DNA of 63,817 nt, the filler included, from Octopus bimaculoides (Eukaryota): NCBI RefSeq assembly GCF_001194135.2. It is 3 parts of 3 records of this genome, joined end to end, with 100 filler letters (N's around TTAATTAATTAA, not from the genome) between each part and the next. Parts side by side here need not be neighbours in the genome. Positions count along the whole stretch, not along the records: positions 15,655 to 45,855 come from NC_068984.1; positions 45,956 to 63,817 come from NC_068983.1; 1 more part is not named here. One strand, written 5' to 3'. Both the position numbers and the translations under genes were made by a program. Position 1 is the first letter of the stretch; every line of letters starts with the position of its first letter. The notes beneath the pieces are model-generated. The model searched no databases. It was not told the DNA's origin and saw only the letters and a list, made by a program, of their open reading frames with translations. This document shows positions 35,715-47,343 of this stretch, in pieces.

Positions 35715-37670
35715 GGACAATTTTTTTTATCTATGGACTCCTTTGATTACAATATTATTCTTGTGGAACCCCATAGATATTCGATGTTTAAAATCAATTT
35801 TATAGAAACTTCTTCCAAAATTCCTATTTTGTTTTCCACACATTTATTTGTTGGTTGAACTCTGTAAAATGTTAGAGGAAGAAACCTCGCTGTTTCTTGC
35901 AATACATCCTACTACATACACGTAAAGCATAATTTTTTCAGTGGCTCTAAAAAGTCTATTGTGCTTCCCCAATTTACTATTTTGTCACTTGGACCCTAAA
36001 AACATTATCTGGAACCCCGGGGGCCATATGGATCCTGGTTGAGAGCCAGTGCTATAAAGCGTTCAAAGCTTATAATGCAAAGAGCTTATCAAACATTTAG
36101 ATTTTTTACAAGCAACTTGCATCTGCAAGTTCTGCCAGTTGAAAGCTCCGCATATCGGGCGCAAGTTTATAGAATCATCAGGAGAGATGCGCGCCGTTTT
36201 GGGGCCTACTTCTCGACGGCATCATTGCGCACCAGTCCCACTCACTGAAATGAGGCCCTGTTTGCTTTATCTACTGTAAATTGTTTATTAAACTTTTGTT
36301 TAAAGTGTTTTCCAAAGATTTATATTACTGTAAAATGTTTATTAAACTTTTATATTACTACAAAGTAATATACTTTGAAAGTATCTACCGTTCTGCTGTG
36401 GTGTAAGAATGTCTTGTCGTGTGGCGTCATGAATGCCATGTATATATTGGTACAAGTTTAAGACACACGAATAAATCAGCACCAAAATGTACAGCCCTAC
36501 ACACACATACACACACACACACAAACACACACATACACACGTACGCATATATTCACATATGCATGCAGGCTCATTCACATGTGTGTGTGTGTGTATGTGT
36601 GTGTGTGTGTGTGTATAATTTGGAGAGGAATGTGTCTTTCATATAATTTGGAGTGGGTTCTATCTTCCGTAGCTGCCAAAGTGTACTCTGCTTCTCACAA
36701 CACCCTGGGAGGATAATGTTTTTTTTAATATAGGGATCGGTGTGTAAGTGTGTGGGGTGGTGGAGGGGGGAGGAACTGTGACTTTAATACCACTTTTTTC
36801 CATAAAAGAAATACCTATCACCTGGTTGACTCATTTCAATTGATAATAATGTTCGTTAGTGCGGACTTCTGAAGAAGAAGAAGAAGAGGGTATGAAAAGG
36901 ATGAGAAAGAAGAAACAGAGGAGGAGGAGAGGAGGAGGAGGNNNNNNNNNNAACTGTGACTTTAATACCACTTTTTTCCATAAAAGAAATACCTATCACC
37001 TGGTTGACTCATTTCAATTGATAATAATGTTCGTTAGTGCGGACTTCTGAAGAAGAAGAAGAGGGTATGAAAAGGATGAGAAAGAAGAAACAGAGGAGGA
37101 GGAGAAGAAGGAATATAAATTCTTATCTCAATACAATTTCCTTTGTTGTTCGCGAACAAAGATGACAGCGTAAAGATGATATGAACGCATTTATAAATAA
37201 ATAAATAAATAAATACATAAGTAAATAAATAAATAAATATATAAATGAATACGTAAGTAAATATGACTAAAGCCACTTGGTGACAGATTCAGGTGTCTGT
37301 TGTTGACGGTTGACGTTGAAATTTGAAACTTTTCCCGCTGTTACTGAAAATGTACTCCAAACTTCTCCATTCATAAAATACAAACTCATTTTTTAATTTT
37401 TATTTTGGCACAAATATACATAAATATATTCACCGCAGATCTATTATTTTCTACCATCTGAGAAACTTTAGCTGTGCGTCCAGCAACAGTAGGAATCCAG
37501 CAATTTTAGGGGTTTCCTTGCTATCCTACACCCTATCTTTTTTCTCTCTTAATCTCTAATCTACTCCCTTTTTAATCTCTTTAGCTTCGTAAGTGTGTGG
37601 TGACGCAGAAGAGCTTCAATGGCTGTTTGTAATCGTATGCCTCATTGCATGCTGTTTACTGTTGTTATTA

Positions 37671-37732
<62 letters not shown>

Positions 37733-37944
37733 TTACTGAAACAACACCGGTAACTGGGTTTGGGGATTCGGTTATTGAATACTCCAAGCAATCCTTTCTG
37801 CTAATACTTTTGCAGGTTTTGTCTTGAACAGCTGAGAGACCGCGATTTATAAGACCTACGTAGATAAGACCTGTGAATCTATGTACAGGTGTTGATTGTA
37901 GATTACATTTTACGCTCATTAAAACCTAATTATATATACATATA

Positions 37945-38145
37945 CAGTAATCCCTCAGCCATATCGCGGTTCACCTATCGCGGTTCATCTATCGCGGTTC
38001 ACGTTTATAATAAAATAAATATATACAAATTATAAAAATAAAAAGTATATATATACACAAATACAGTACCGTATCTACTTCGCGGATTTTTACTCATCGC
38101 GGGGAGTTTTGGGACGTAACACCCACGTTAGTCGAGAGATTACCG
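37945..38145. mobile_element. pogo/Tigger-type MITE
   Basis: TA|CAGTAATCCCTC ... GAGAGATTACCG|TA, with TA TSD and an internal (ctatcgcggttca)-like triplication. Confidence 0.7.
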
Positions 38146-38499
38146 TATGTATGTATGTATGTATGTATGTATGTATGTACACATGTATATATGTGTGTGT
38201 GTGTGAGGGGGGTATATATGTGTGTGTGTGCGTGTGTGTGTGTGTATGAAAAATGACATAGGTAAAAGTTGTTATGATNNNNNNNNNNNNNNNNNNNNNN
38301 NNNNNNNNNNNNNNNNNNNNNNNNNNNNNNNNNNNNNNCCCCCCCCCCCATTTTCCCGTGGTTGAGCAAGCGACTTGTTAATCTCATACCCTTTCGGCCA
38401 TATTTAAAGGCTTGTAACAGTGGTTCCTACCCTTTTCACTACCAAGGACCCCTTTTATTTAAATGAATTTTCCCACGGACCCCAGGATATTGAAAGGTC

Positions 38500-38648
38500 A
38501 GTCGTAACTGGTACTTATCTAATCGACTGCGAAAGGATCAAAGGCAAAGTCGACTTCGGCGGAATTTGAACTCAGAACGTCACGGCAGACGAAATACCGC
38601 TAAGCATTTCGCCCGGTGTGCTAACAGTTCTGCCAGCTCACCGCCTTA
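38500..38648 (-). mobile_element. SINE family B, 5' part
   Basis: Contains aaggcaaagtcgacttcggcggaatttgaactcagaacg. Confidence 0.85.
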
Positions 38649-39559
38649 GGGGTTCTAATCTGGCTTGCGTTGTGTTATACGTATAGAAAAATACACATTA
38701 AGGTTTAACTGTAACTGTAAACCTAACTTTTGAGATAAGAGTAAGTTTACTGATTCTCAAATCTTTTAATAAAGTAAATGAAAGTTGTCCCTATAAGATT
38801 TGAATGATCTTAATCGCTAAAGATGACTATTTTAATTGACAGACAATTTCGAATGAGTGATAAAGTTACGATGACGGACAAATCTAGTTGGTTATTAAAA
38901 AAGAATTTACATTCAACACCTCGATTTGATTTTAGTGACATAAAGTTTTTGAAGTAGATCCGTGTTGCTGCCTTTTAGCGGGTTATAGTGTCTTAATCTG
39001 GGCGTCACTTTTGATTTAATAATCACTGAAGATGACACATAATTTCAACAGGAGTTTTCCAGAGAGAGGATTCTCTACAACATCCCATAATAATGATGTC
39101 ATAGTGTCTGCTATTTTCTGTTCTGTTACTTGATTATAGTTAGATACAAAACCAGCGAACTGATAGAATACTAGACCGGTAAACCATCGACCATTTGGTC
39201 AATTTCCTTGTAATCGAGTTTCTGTGTTCTTGTATTCATGACACGTTATCCAGCCGAGGCCTCAGTTCACCAAGGTGTGTCAACTTGGAAGCGGAGTTTT
39301 CCCAGGAAAGTGTCATATCATAAATAATATTTCATCTCAAGGTGAAAGATTTTCCTCCTTTTGTTTATTGCTAAAATCACCGGAACCGAATCCTGTTCGT
39401 TGGTTACTAACGTTAATATGATAAAGGTTAATATAACATATGCGTGTTTGTTGAGGTCTTTGGATCCTAATATGATGAGAAAACCTACACTTATTACCTG
39501 ACACGGCTGTAATACTTAATTGATTATAATTTCATATAAAAGGTGCAATTGTACTTCGC

Positions 39560-40075
39560 TCGTCGCTACGTTCTGAGTTCGAACTCCGCCGAGGTCGACT
39601 TTACCTGTCATCCTTTCGGGGTCGATAAATCAAGTACTTGTTGAATACTGAGGTCAATATAATCGACTTAACTCCCCGCCCCCAAATTTCAGGCCTTGTG
39701 CCAATTGTAGAAAAGATGTTAAAGATTCAATTAAGGCGGTGAGATGGCAGAATCGTTACCACGCTGGACGGAATGCATAGTAGTATTTCGTCTGTCTTTA
39801 CGTTTCAAATTCCGCCGAAGTCGTCTTTGTCTATCATCTTTTCGGGGTCCCTAAAATAAATACCAATTGAGCACTGGGGTCGATATAATCGGCTTATCCA
39901 CTCACCCGGAATTGCAGGCCTTGTGCCAAAATTTGAAACCAATATTCTTTTCTACTCTAGGTACTATTCCCGAAATTTTGGGGGAGGGGGCCAGTCAATT
40001 AGATCGACACCAGTACGCAACTGGTACTTAATTTATCGACCCCGAAAGTATTAAAAGCAGTCAACCTCGGTGGAA
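39560..40075. mobile_element. Cluster of three family B SINEs (+, +, -)
   Basis: ~39560-39720 (+), ~39732-39945 (+) and ~39943-40075 (-). The last two are directly tail to tail. Confidence 0.8.
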
Positions 40076-40630
40076 TAATTTGAAACTAATATTGAATGAG
40101 TAATTAGTAAATTACTTGTCTAAATATAATGAAGAGAAGTTTATTGATGCAAAATATATTTTGCAAGACCTTAACTATCATTAATGAAGGCACGTGACCT
40201 TGTCGTTAAGGTGTGCCACTCACAATCATAAGATCGTGGTTTCGATTCCGCATTGGTCGGTGCATTGTGTTCTTGAGCCAAACACGCCAATTCGTTACAG
40301 TCCATTCTGTTGTGAGTGCGCAACCTTGCAACAGAGTGGCGTCCATTTCAGAGGAGGAGAAGGTTGGGATTTCGGTCACTTATACACCAGGGGAGCAGAG
40401 TATACCTTGTCCTATCTGGTCCCAAGACCCTTGACACTAATGTCCATGGGTTGATGGTGATGTTGTTGATGATTATGAGGATTACGATGACGTTTATACT
40501 TTTAGCAACGAGCAGTTTCATCAAGGATGACCTGGGGTTAAACAACAACAACAACAACAACAGAAACAACATATACCTGCGTATTGTAAATATTTTAGTT
40601 AAGTTTATTGTATTCATTAGAGGAGATTCG

Positions 40631-40890
40631 TTCTTTTATTCTTTTATTGGTTTCAGTCATTTGACTGCGGCCATGCTGGAGCATCACCTTTACTCGAACA
40701 AATCGCCCTCAGGCCTTATTCTTTGTGAGATTTGTACTTACTCTATCGGTTACCTGTTGTCAAACTGCTAGTTTACAGGGACGTAAACACACGAACATCG
40801 GTTGTCAAGCGATCGTAGTGGGACCCCCCCCCACACACATATATATACATATATATACACATATATATATGTATATATATATATATATAT
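40631..40890 (-). mobile_element. SINE family A, 3' half running into a gap
   Basis: Contains ggtttcagtcatttgactgcggccatgctggagca. Confidence 0.8.
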
Positions 40891-41733
40891 NNNNNNNNNN
40901 NNNNNNNNNNNNNNNNNNNNNNNNNNNNNNNNNNNNNNNNNNNNNNNNNNNNNNNNNNNNNNNNNNNNNNNNNNNNNNNNNNNNNNNNNNNNNNNNNNNN
41001 NNNNNNNNNNNNNNNNNNNNNNNNNNNNNNNNNNNNNNNNNNNNNNNNNNNNNNNNNNNNNNNNNNNNNNNNNNNNNNNNNNNNNNNNNNNNNNNNNNNN
41101 NNNNNNNNNNNNNNNNNNNNNNNNNNNNNNNNNNNNNNNNNNNNNNNNNNNNNNNNNNNNNNNNNNNNNNNNNNNNNNNNNNNNNNNNNNNNNNNNNNNN
41201 NNNNNNNNNNNNNNNNNNNNNNNNNNNNNNNNNNNNNNNNNNNNNNNNNNNNNNNNNNNNNNNNNNNNNNNNNNNNNNNNNNNNNNNNNNNNNNNNNNNN
41301 NNNNNNNNNNNNNNNNNNNNNNNNNNNNNNNNNNNNNNNNNNNNNNNNNNNNNNNNNNNNNNNNNNNNNNNNNNNNNNNNNNNNNNNNNNNNNNNNNNNN
41401 NNNNNNNNNNNNNNNNNNNNNNNNNNNNNNNNNNNNNNNNNNNNNNNNNNNNNNNNNNNNNNNNNNNNNNNNNNNNNNNNNNNNNNNNNNNNNNNNNNNN
41501 NNNNNNNNNNNNNNNNNNNNNNNNNNNNNNNNNNNNNNNNNNNNNNNNNNNNNNNNNNNNNNNNNNNNNNNNNNNNNNNNNNNNNNNNNNNNNNNNNNNN
41601 NNNNNNNNNNNNNNNNNNNNNNNNNNNNNNNNNNNNNNNNNNNNNNNNNNNNNNNNNNNNNNNNNNNNNNNNNNNNNNNNNNNNNNNNNNNNNNNNNNNN
41701 NNNNNNNNNNNNNNNNNNNNNNNNNNNNNNNNN

Positions 41734-41769
<36 letters not shown>

Positions 41770-43274
41770 CTAAAGATCTCATAAATCTCCGACAATGAAC
41801 CTATACGAAGAACACCGCGAATAAATAATAACAAAAACAAAATTTGAAAAAGAAAATTAAGAGAAAATCGAAGGAAAGCGTTCGTCTCCACCATCACCCC
41901 ATCTCAGTAGTATCTTTCGGTTGACTAGATATGCCTTCATGGGAAATTGGCCAGTCGATAACTTAGACTTTTACTAACAACCCAACCAAAGCAGACATCA
42001 TGGAGGAGAGAAGAGGGAGAGAGACTCAGAAGGAGGAGAGAGAGGATCAATGAGAACAGCATTCATATACCGTGTAAGCGAGGAAGTGAAAGTGAAAATG
42101 AAACTAGAAGAGGAATAAAGTGACACAGACATGAAAGGAGTGAGAGAGAGAGAGATGAGGGGGCGAGACAGACGGACAGCTGAGTGTAACCCTGAAAGTG
42201 AAATAATTCTAAGACCCTACCCTACCATATAAGACGGAATCAACATTCAACAGGGCATAGACAGATGCCAAGTCAGACACAATCCGGTAAATCACAGACT
42301 TGGTAGTGGGAGAAAGTCCATGGTATCTCTTATATTTTCATCTGACAGACGGATGTAATGGGGATTCTGGGTGGGAAACGGGTGGTAATGGTTTTGTTTA
42401 CTTTATTGTTTATAGCTAACTTGATATATCGATATTAATGTATGTATGAGTGTATGTATGTATGTCTGTGTGTAAGAATGTACGTATGCATGTATGTTTT
42501 TGTATGCATGTATGTATTTATGTATGTATGTATTTATGTACGCATGCAGTGTATGTATGTATATATATCTATAAATATATATATATATATATNNNNNNNN
42601 NNNNNNNNNNNNNNNNNNNNNNNNNNNNNNNNNNNNNNNNNNNNNNNNNNNNNNNNNNNNNNNNNNNNNNNNNNNNNNNNNNNNNNNNNNNNNNNNNNNN
42701 NNNNNNNNNNNNNNNNNNNNNNNNNNNNNNNNNNNNNNNNNNNNNNNNNNNNNNNNNNNNNNNNNNNNNNNNNNNNNNNNNNNNNNNNNNNNNNNNNNNN
42801 NNNNNNNNNNNNNNNNNNNNNNNNNNNNNNNNNNNNNNNNNNNNNNNNNNNNNNNNNNNNNNNNNNNNNNNNNNNNNNNNNNNNNNNNNNNNNNNNNNNN
42901 NNNNNNNNNNNNNNNNNNNNNNNNNNNNNNNNNNNNNNNNNNNNNNNNNNNNNNNNNNNNNNNNNNNNNNNNNNNNNNNNNNNNNNNNNNNNNNNNNNNN
43001 NNNNNNNNNNNNNNNNNNNNNNNNNNNNNNNNNNNNNNNNNNNNNNNNNNNNNNNNNNNNNNNNNNNNNNNNNNNNNNNNNNNNNNNNNNNNNNNNNNNN
43101 NNNNNNNNNNNNNNNNNNNNNNNNNNNNNNNNNNNNNNNNNNNNNNNNNNNNNNNNNNNNNNNNNNNNNNNNNNNNNNNNNNNNNNNNNNNNNNNNNNNN
43201 NNNNNNNNNNNNNNNNNNNNNNNNNNNNNNNNNNNNNNNNNNNNNNNNNNNNNNNNNNNNNNNNNNNNNNNNNN

Positions 43275-43330
<56 letters not shown>

Positions 43331-43454
43331 TCCATATATTAGTATGGGTCAAAAGTTAGAAAGTGTAGAAATGCAGTTCGTTCGGCAGCTGAACCAGTTC
43401 AACATGCAGTGAGACTGTTGTTTCTGACCGTCTCTTTTTTATATAATTAAAAAC

Positions 43455-43555
43455 TAAGTACCAGTTACGCACAGGTATCGATGTAATCGACTTAATCCCT
43501 TTGTCTGTCATTGTTTGTCTCCTCTATGTTTAGCCCCAGTGGGCAATAAAGAACC
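43455..43555 (+). mobile_element. SINE family B, 3' fragment
   Basis: aagtaccagttacgcac...gggcaataaagaa. Confidence 0.7.
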
Positions 43556-44573
43556 GAATAAATATACTTTAAATGTATACATATGTATTTGCATACGTAT
43601 AAATTTATGTTCGTGTGCTTGGATTTCATTTAAGCATCATTTGAGCTAATTGGTCCCCATTTCCTGCTTAATACCAAAGCAAATAGCGGTAGAAAACGTT
43701 TCTGTAGTTTTCAGGTATTATTTGGGTAAATTCTACGAAGACTTATCAGGCAAAGTATAAAAACGAATGTTTATATTCAGCCAATAATCTCGGATTGAGG
43801 AATGGAGCCTCGAAATATGACACCAAGACACTCAGCACGTGGTGACATGAAGTTAAGCAAATCTGAGGAGTTTCAATTAATGCATATGTATACACACATG
43901 CATATATATATATATATATATATANNNNNNNNNNNNNNNNNNNNNNNNNNNNNNNNNNNNNNNNNNNNNNNNNNNNNNNNNNNNNNNNNNNNNNNNNNNN
44001 NNNNNNNNNNNNNNNNNNNNNNNNNNNNNNNNNNNNNNNNNNNNNNNNNNNNNNNNNNNNNNNNNNNNNNNNNNNNNNNNNNNNNNNNNNNNNNNNNNNN
44101 NNNNNNNNNNNNNNNNNNNNNNNNNNNNNNNNNNNNNNNNNNNNNNNNNNNNNNNNNNNNNNNNNNNNNNNNNNNNNNNNNNNNNNNNNNNNNNNNNNNN
44201 NNNNNNNNNNNNNNNNNNNNNNNNNNNNNNNNNNNNNNNNNNNNNNNNNNNNNNNNNNNNNNNNNNNNNNNNNNNNNNNNNNNNNNNNNNNNNNNNNNNN
44301 NNNNNNNNNNNNNNNNNNNNNNNNNNNNNNNNNNNNNNNNNNNNNNNNNNNNNNNNNNNNNNNNNNNNNNNNNNNNNNNNNNNNNNNNNNNNNNNNNNNN
44401 NNNNNNNNNNNNNNNNNNNNNNNNNNNNNNNNNNNNNNNNNNNNNNNNNNNNNNNNNNNNNNNNNNNNNNNNNNNNNNNNNNNNNNNNNNNNNNNNNNNN
44501 NNNNNNNNNNNNNNNNNNNNNNNNNNNNNNNNNNNNNNNNNNNNNNNNNNNNNNNNNNNNNNNNNNNNNNNNN

Positions 44574-44613
<40 letters not shown>

Positions 44614-44946
44614 GTATATACATGTACACATATACATATATACTTATATATATATGTATATATATGTACACACATATATATACATATACATATGCATATA
44701 TATGTATACATATATATATATATATTCATATTTGCATATATATATATATATGTATATATGTGTATGTGTATAATACATTATACGCTATTAAAAAATACTA
44801 ACACTTATCAAATAGTTTTTATATTTGTATATATGTATTTGTAATATCTAACATAATCGTATATATATATATATTCATGATATATATTATATAAGCATAG
44901 ATTTGTCTATGTACATAATGTCTACCCATATATTATCAATATACAC

Positions 44947-44981
<35 letters not shown>

Positions 44982-44983
<2 letters not shown>

Positions 44984-45160
44984 GAGAATATACAAAAAAT
45001 AACAACAGACGAGGACAGGTGGTGTAAATAACAAAAGTATATATTAGTATGACGCTCGGGAATACGGAAAGTCTTTGACGTTTCGAGCTACGCTCTTCAA
45101 CAGAAAGAATACGGAGACAAGGAGAAAAACACGGAGAAAAAAAATTGAATAGTGTTCAGT
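44982..45160 (-). mobile_element. Penelope-like element 3' end / pseudo-LTR
   Basis: Reverse-complement homolog of 3440-3588. Abuts (TA)n. Confidence 0.55.
45072..45108 (-). ncRNA. Minimal hammerhead variant (CUGUUGA core)
   Basis: Minus strand reads TCTTT-CTGTTGA-A-GAGC/gta/GCTC-GAAA-CG-TC^-AAAGA. Helices are perfect and the triplet is GUC, but core A6 is replaced by U. Confidence 0.55.
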
Positions 45161-45252
45161 CAACGGTCAATCATGCATGCATATTATATAGATATATGTG
45201 TGTGTTGTAAACACACACACAGACACACACGCACGCATACATAGGGAGAGAT

Positions 45253-45470
45253 AATTTTTTCTACTCTAGGCACAAGGCACGAAATTTTGGGGGAGGGGGC
45301 CAGTCGAATAGATCGACCCCAGTACGCAACTGGTTCTTAATTTATCAACCCCGAAAGGATGAAAGGCAAAGTCGACCTCGGCGAAAATTGAACTCAGAAC
45401 GTAAAGACAGACGAAATACCGCTAAGAATATCGTCCGACGTTCTAACATCTCTGCCAGTTCGCTGCCTTA
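45253..45470 (-). mobile_element. SINE family B variant
   Basis: Homologous to 16641-16859. Confidence 0.85.
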
Positions 45471-45795
45471 AGTATACACAACTGTCTCTGTGTACCTACA
45501 CATACATAGAAAGATACATAAACACATACATGGATGCGTGTGTTTACGCATTCATGCGATACTTGCTCATATTCATGTGAGTAATTAAATATTTAGTCAA
45601 GCGTGTCTGTGTGATTATGAGAATATATGTTCGACTATATGTGTGTGTATGTGTGTATTAGTGAGAGAGAGACAGAGAGAGGGTGTGTGTGTGTGTGTGT
45701 GTGTGGTGTTTGTGTCTGTGTGTGTGTTTGAGTATCCATGTGTATATATATATATGTATATATATATATGCACAAACATATATTTGTAGACATAC

Positions 45796-45854
<59 letters not shown>

Positions 45855-45899
45855 GNNNNNNNNNNNNNNNNNNNNNNNNNNNNNNNNNNNNNNNNNNNN

Positions 45900-45911
45900 T
45901 TAATTAATTAA
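45900..45911. other. Assembly join linker TTAATTAATTAA between N runs
   Basis: Same structure as 15599-15610. Confidence 0.85.
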
Positions 45912-45964
45912 NNNNNNNNNNNNNNNNNNNNNNNNNNNNNNNNNNNNNNNNNNNNATATATATA

Positions 45965-46124
45965 TACGACGTGCTTCTGTCAGTTTCCGTCTACCAAATC
46001 CACTCACAAGGCTTTGGTTAGCCTGAGGCTATAGAAGAAGACACTTACTCAAGGTGCCATGCAGTGAGACTGAACCCGGAACCATGTATCCAAGGTGACA
46101 CGCAGTGGGATTGAACCCGGAACC
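45965..46124 (-). mobile_element. SINE family A, 5' part with a ~43-bp internal duplication of the B-box region
   Basis: aaggtgccatgcagtgagactgaacccggaacc is followed by aaggtgacacgcagtgggattgaacccggaacc. Confidence 0.8.
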
Positions 46125-46917
46125 TGCGCCTAAAATATATGTGTGTGTATGTATGTATGTACGTATGTATGTATGTATGTATTATGTGTGTGTGCGTATC
46201 TGTGTGTCCGTGTATACACACACACATACACACACACATACACACACACACATACACACACACACACACATACACACACACACATACACATACATATACT
46301 CCAGCATCTTTTTACTACCTGTTATTTATTTATTTATTTCCTTCCTTGCGACGGATATTTTAGGATCCAAGTGTTATCCAGGTGTTCTCTAATTGCAGCA
46401 GTTACCAAGTCTTCTAATGTTACGACATATTTAACCTTCCAATTGAAACTAAATCTGTACTCGTTCTTTTTGAAATTTCTCATAATGGTTTCCCTGCTAT
46501 ATGTCACCGAAATACTAATTGCAATTAATCTTTAGAATGGTTGCTTTCGCCATTAGGTTTACATATAGATAAGGAAAATTTTAATTTTTCTTGAAGTAAA
46601 TATTTTCCAAGTTGTTTGTACATATATTTCTTAAAGAATTCCTTTTCTGAATCATTTGAAAAATACTCAGTTTGCAGATAGTTGCTCATAAATAAATTTG
46701 CATTACTTATTTCATACGATTTATTATTTACCGTATTAAAAATTCGTAGATTTATTTTGAAAACTACACAGCATATCTTTTAAATGAATATTGCATCGAG
46801 AATGTAAGTCGGTGAAATAAAATAATTTCCTGTTCTATATTTAAGAGATGAGGAATTATGCACATTATTTACATTATTTACATTCGACGGATATTTGTCC
46901 TCATCTTGTTTGTTTTT

Positions 46918-46963
46918 GATACAACGTTTCGGCTGATATACCCTCCAGCCTTCTTCAAGTGTC
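46918..46963 (-). ncRNA. Minimal type I hammerhead motif, left arm (C3 to U)
   Basis: Minus strand reads GACAC-TTGAAGA-A-GGCTG/gagggtatat/CAGCC-GAAA-CG-TT^-GTATC. Confidence 0.5.
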
Positions 46964-47161
46964 TTGGAGAAATTTCGAACATGGGTTCTCATTCCTAAGG
47001 TATTCTTTGATGTTGTTATTATTATTCAAGTCACTGCTTGGAATCGAACTCGGAATCTTGGGGTTAGTAGCCCGCGCTCTTAACCACTACGCCATATTCT
47101 CGTAGTGGTTAAGAGCTCGGGCTACTAACCCCAAAATTCCGAGTTCGATTCCAAGCAGTGA

Positions 47162-47203
<42 letters not shown>

Positions 47204-47207
47204 CAGC

Positions 47208-47250
<43 letters not shown>

Positions 47251-47297
47251 TCGAAGAATACCTTAGGAATGAGAACCCAGGTTCGAAATATCCCGAA

Positions 47298-47343
47298 GAT
47301 ACCTGAAGAAAGCTGGAGGGTATATCAGCCGAAACGTTGTGTT
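47298..47343 (+). ncRNA. Minimal type I hammerhead motif, right arm
   Basis: GATAC-CTGAAGA-A-AGCTG/gagggtatat/CAGCC-GAAA-CG-TT^-GTGTT. Helix III is the AACGTT palindrome. Confidence 0.65.

Noticed and set aside
47101-47165. Functional tRNA gene (also considered for the heads at 26068 and 60118)
   Set aside because: I could not fold a complete cloverleaf with an acceptor stem, and the heads continue into repeat bodies. They are SINE-type heads.
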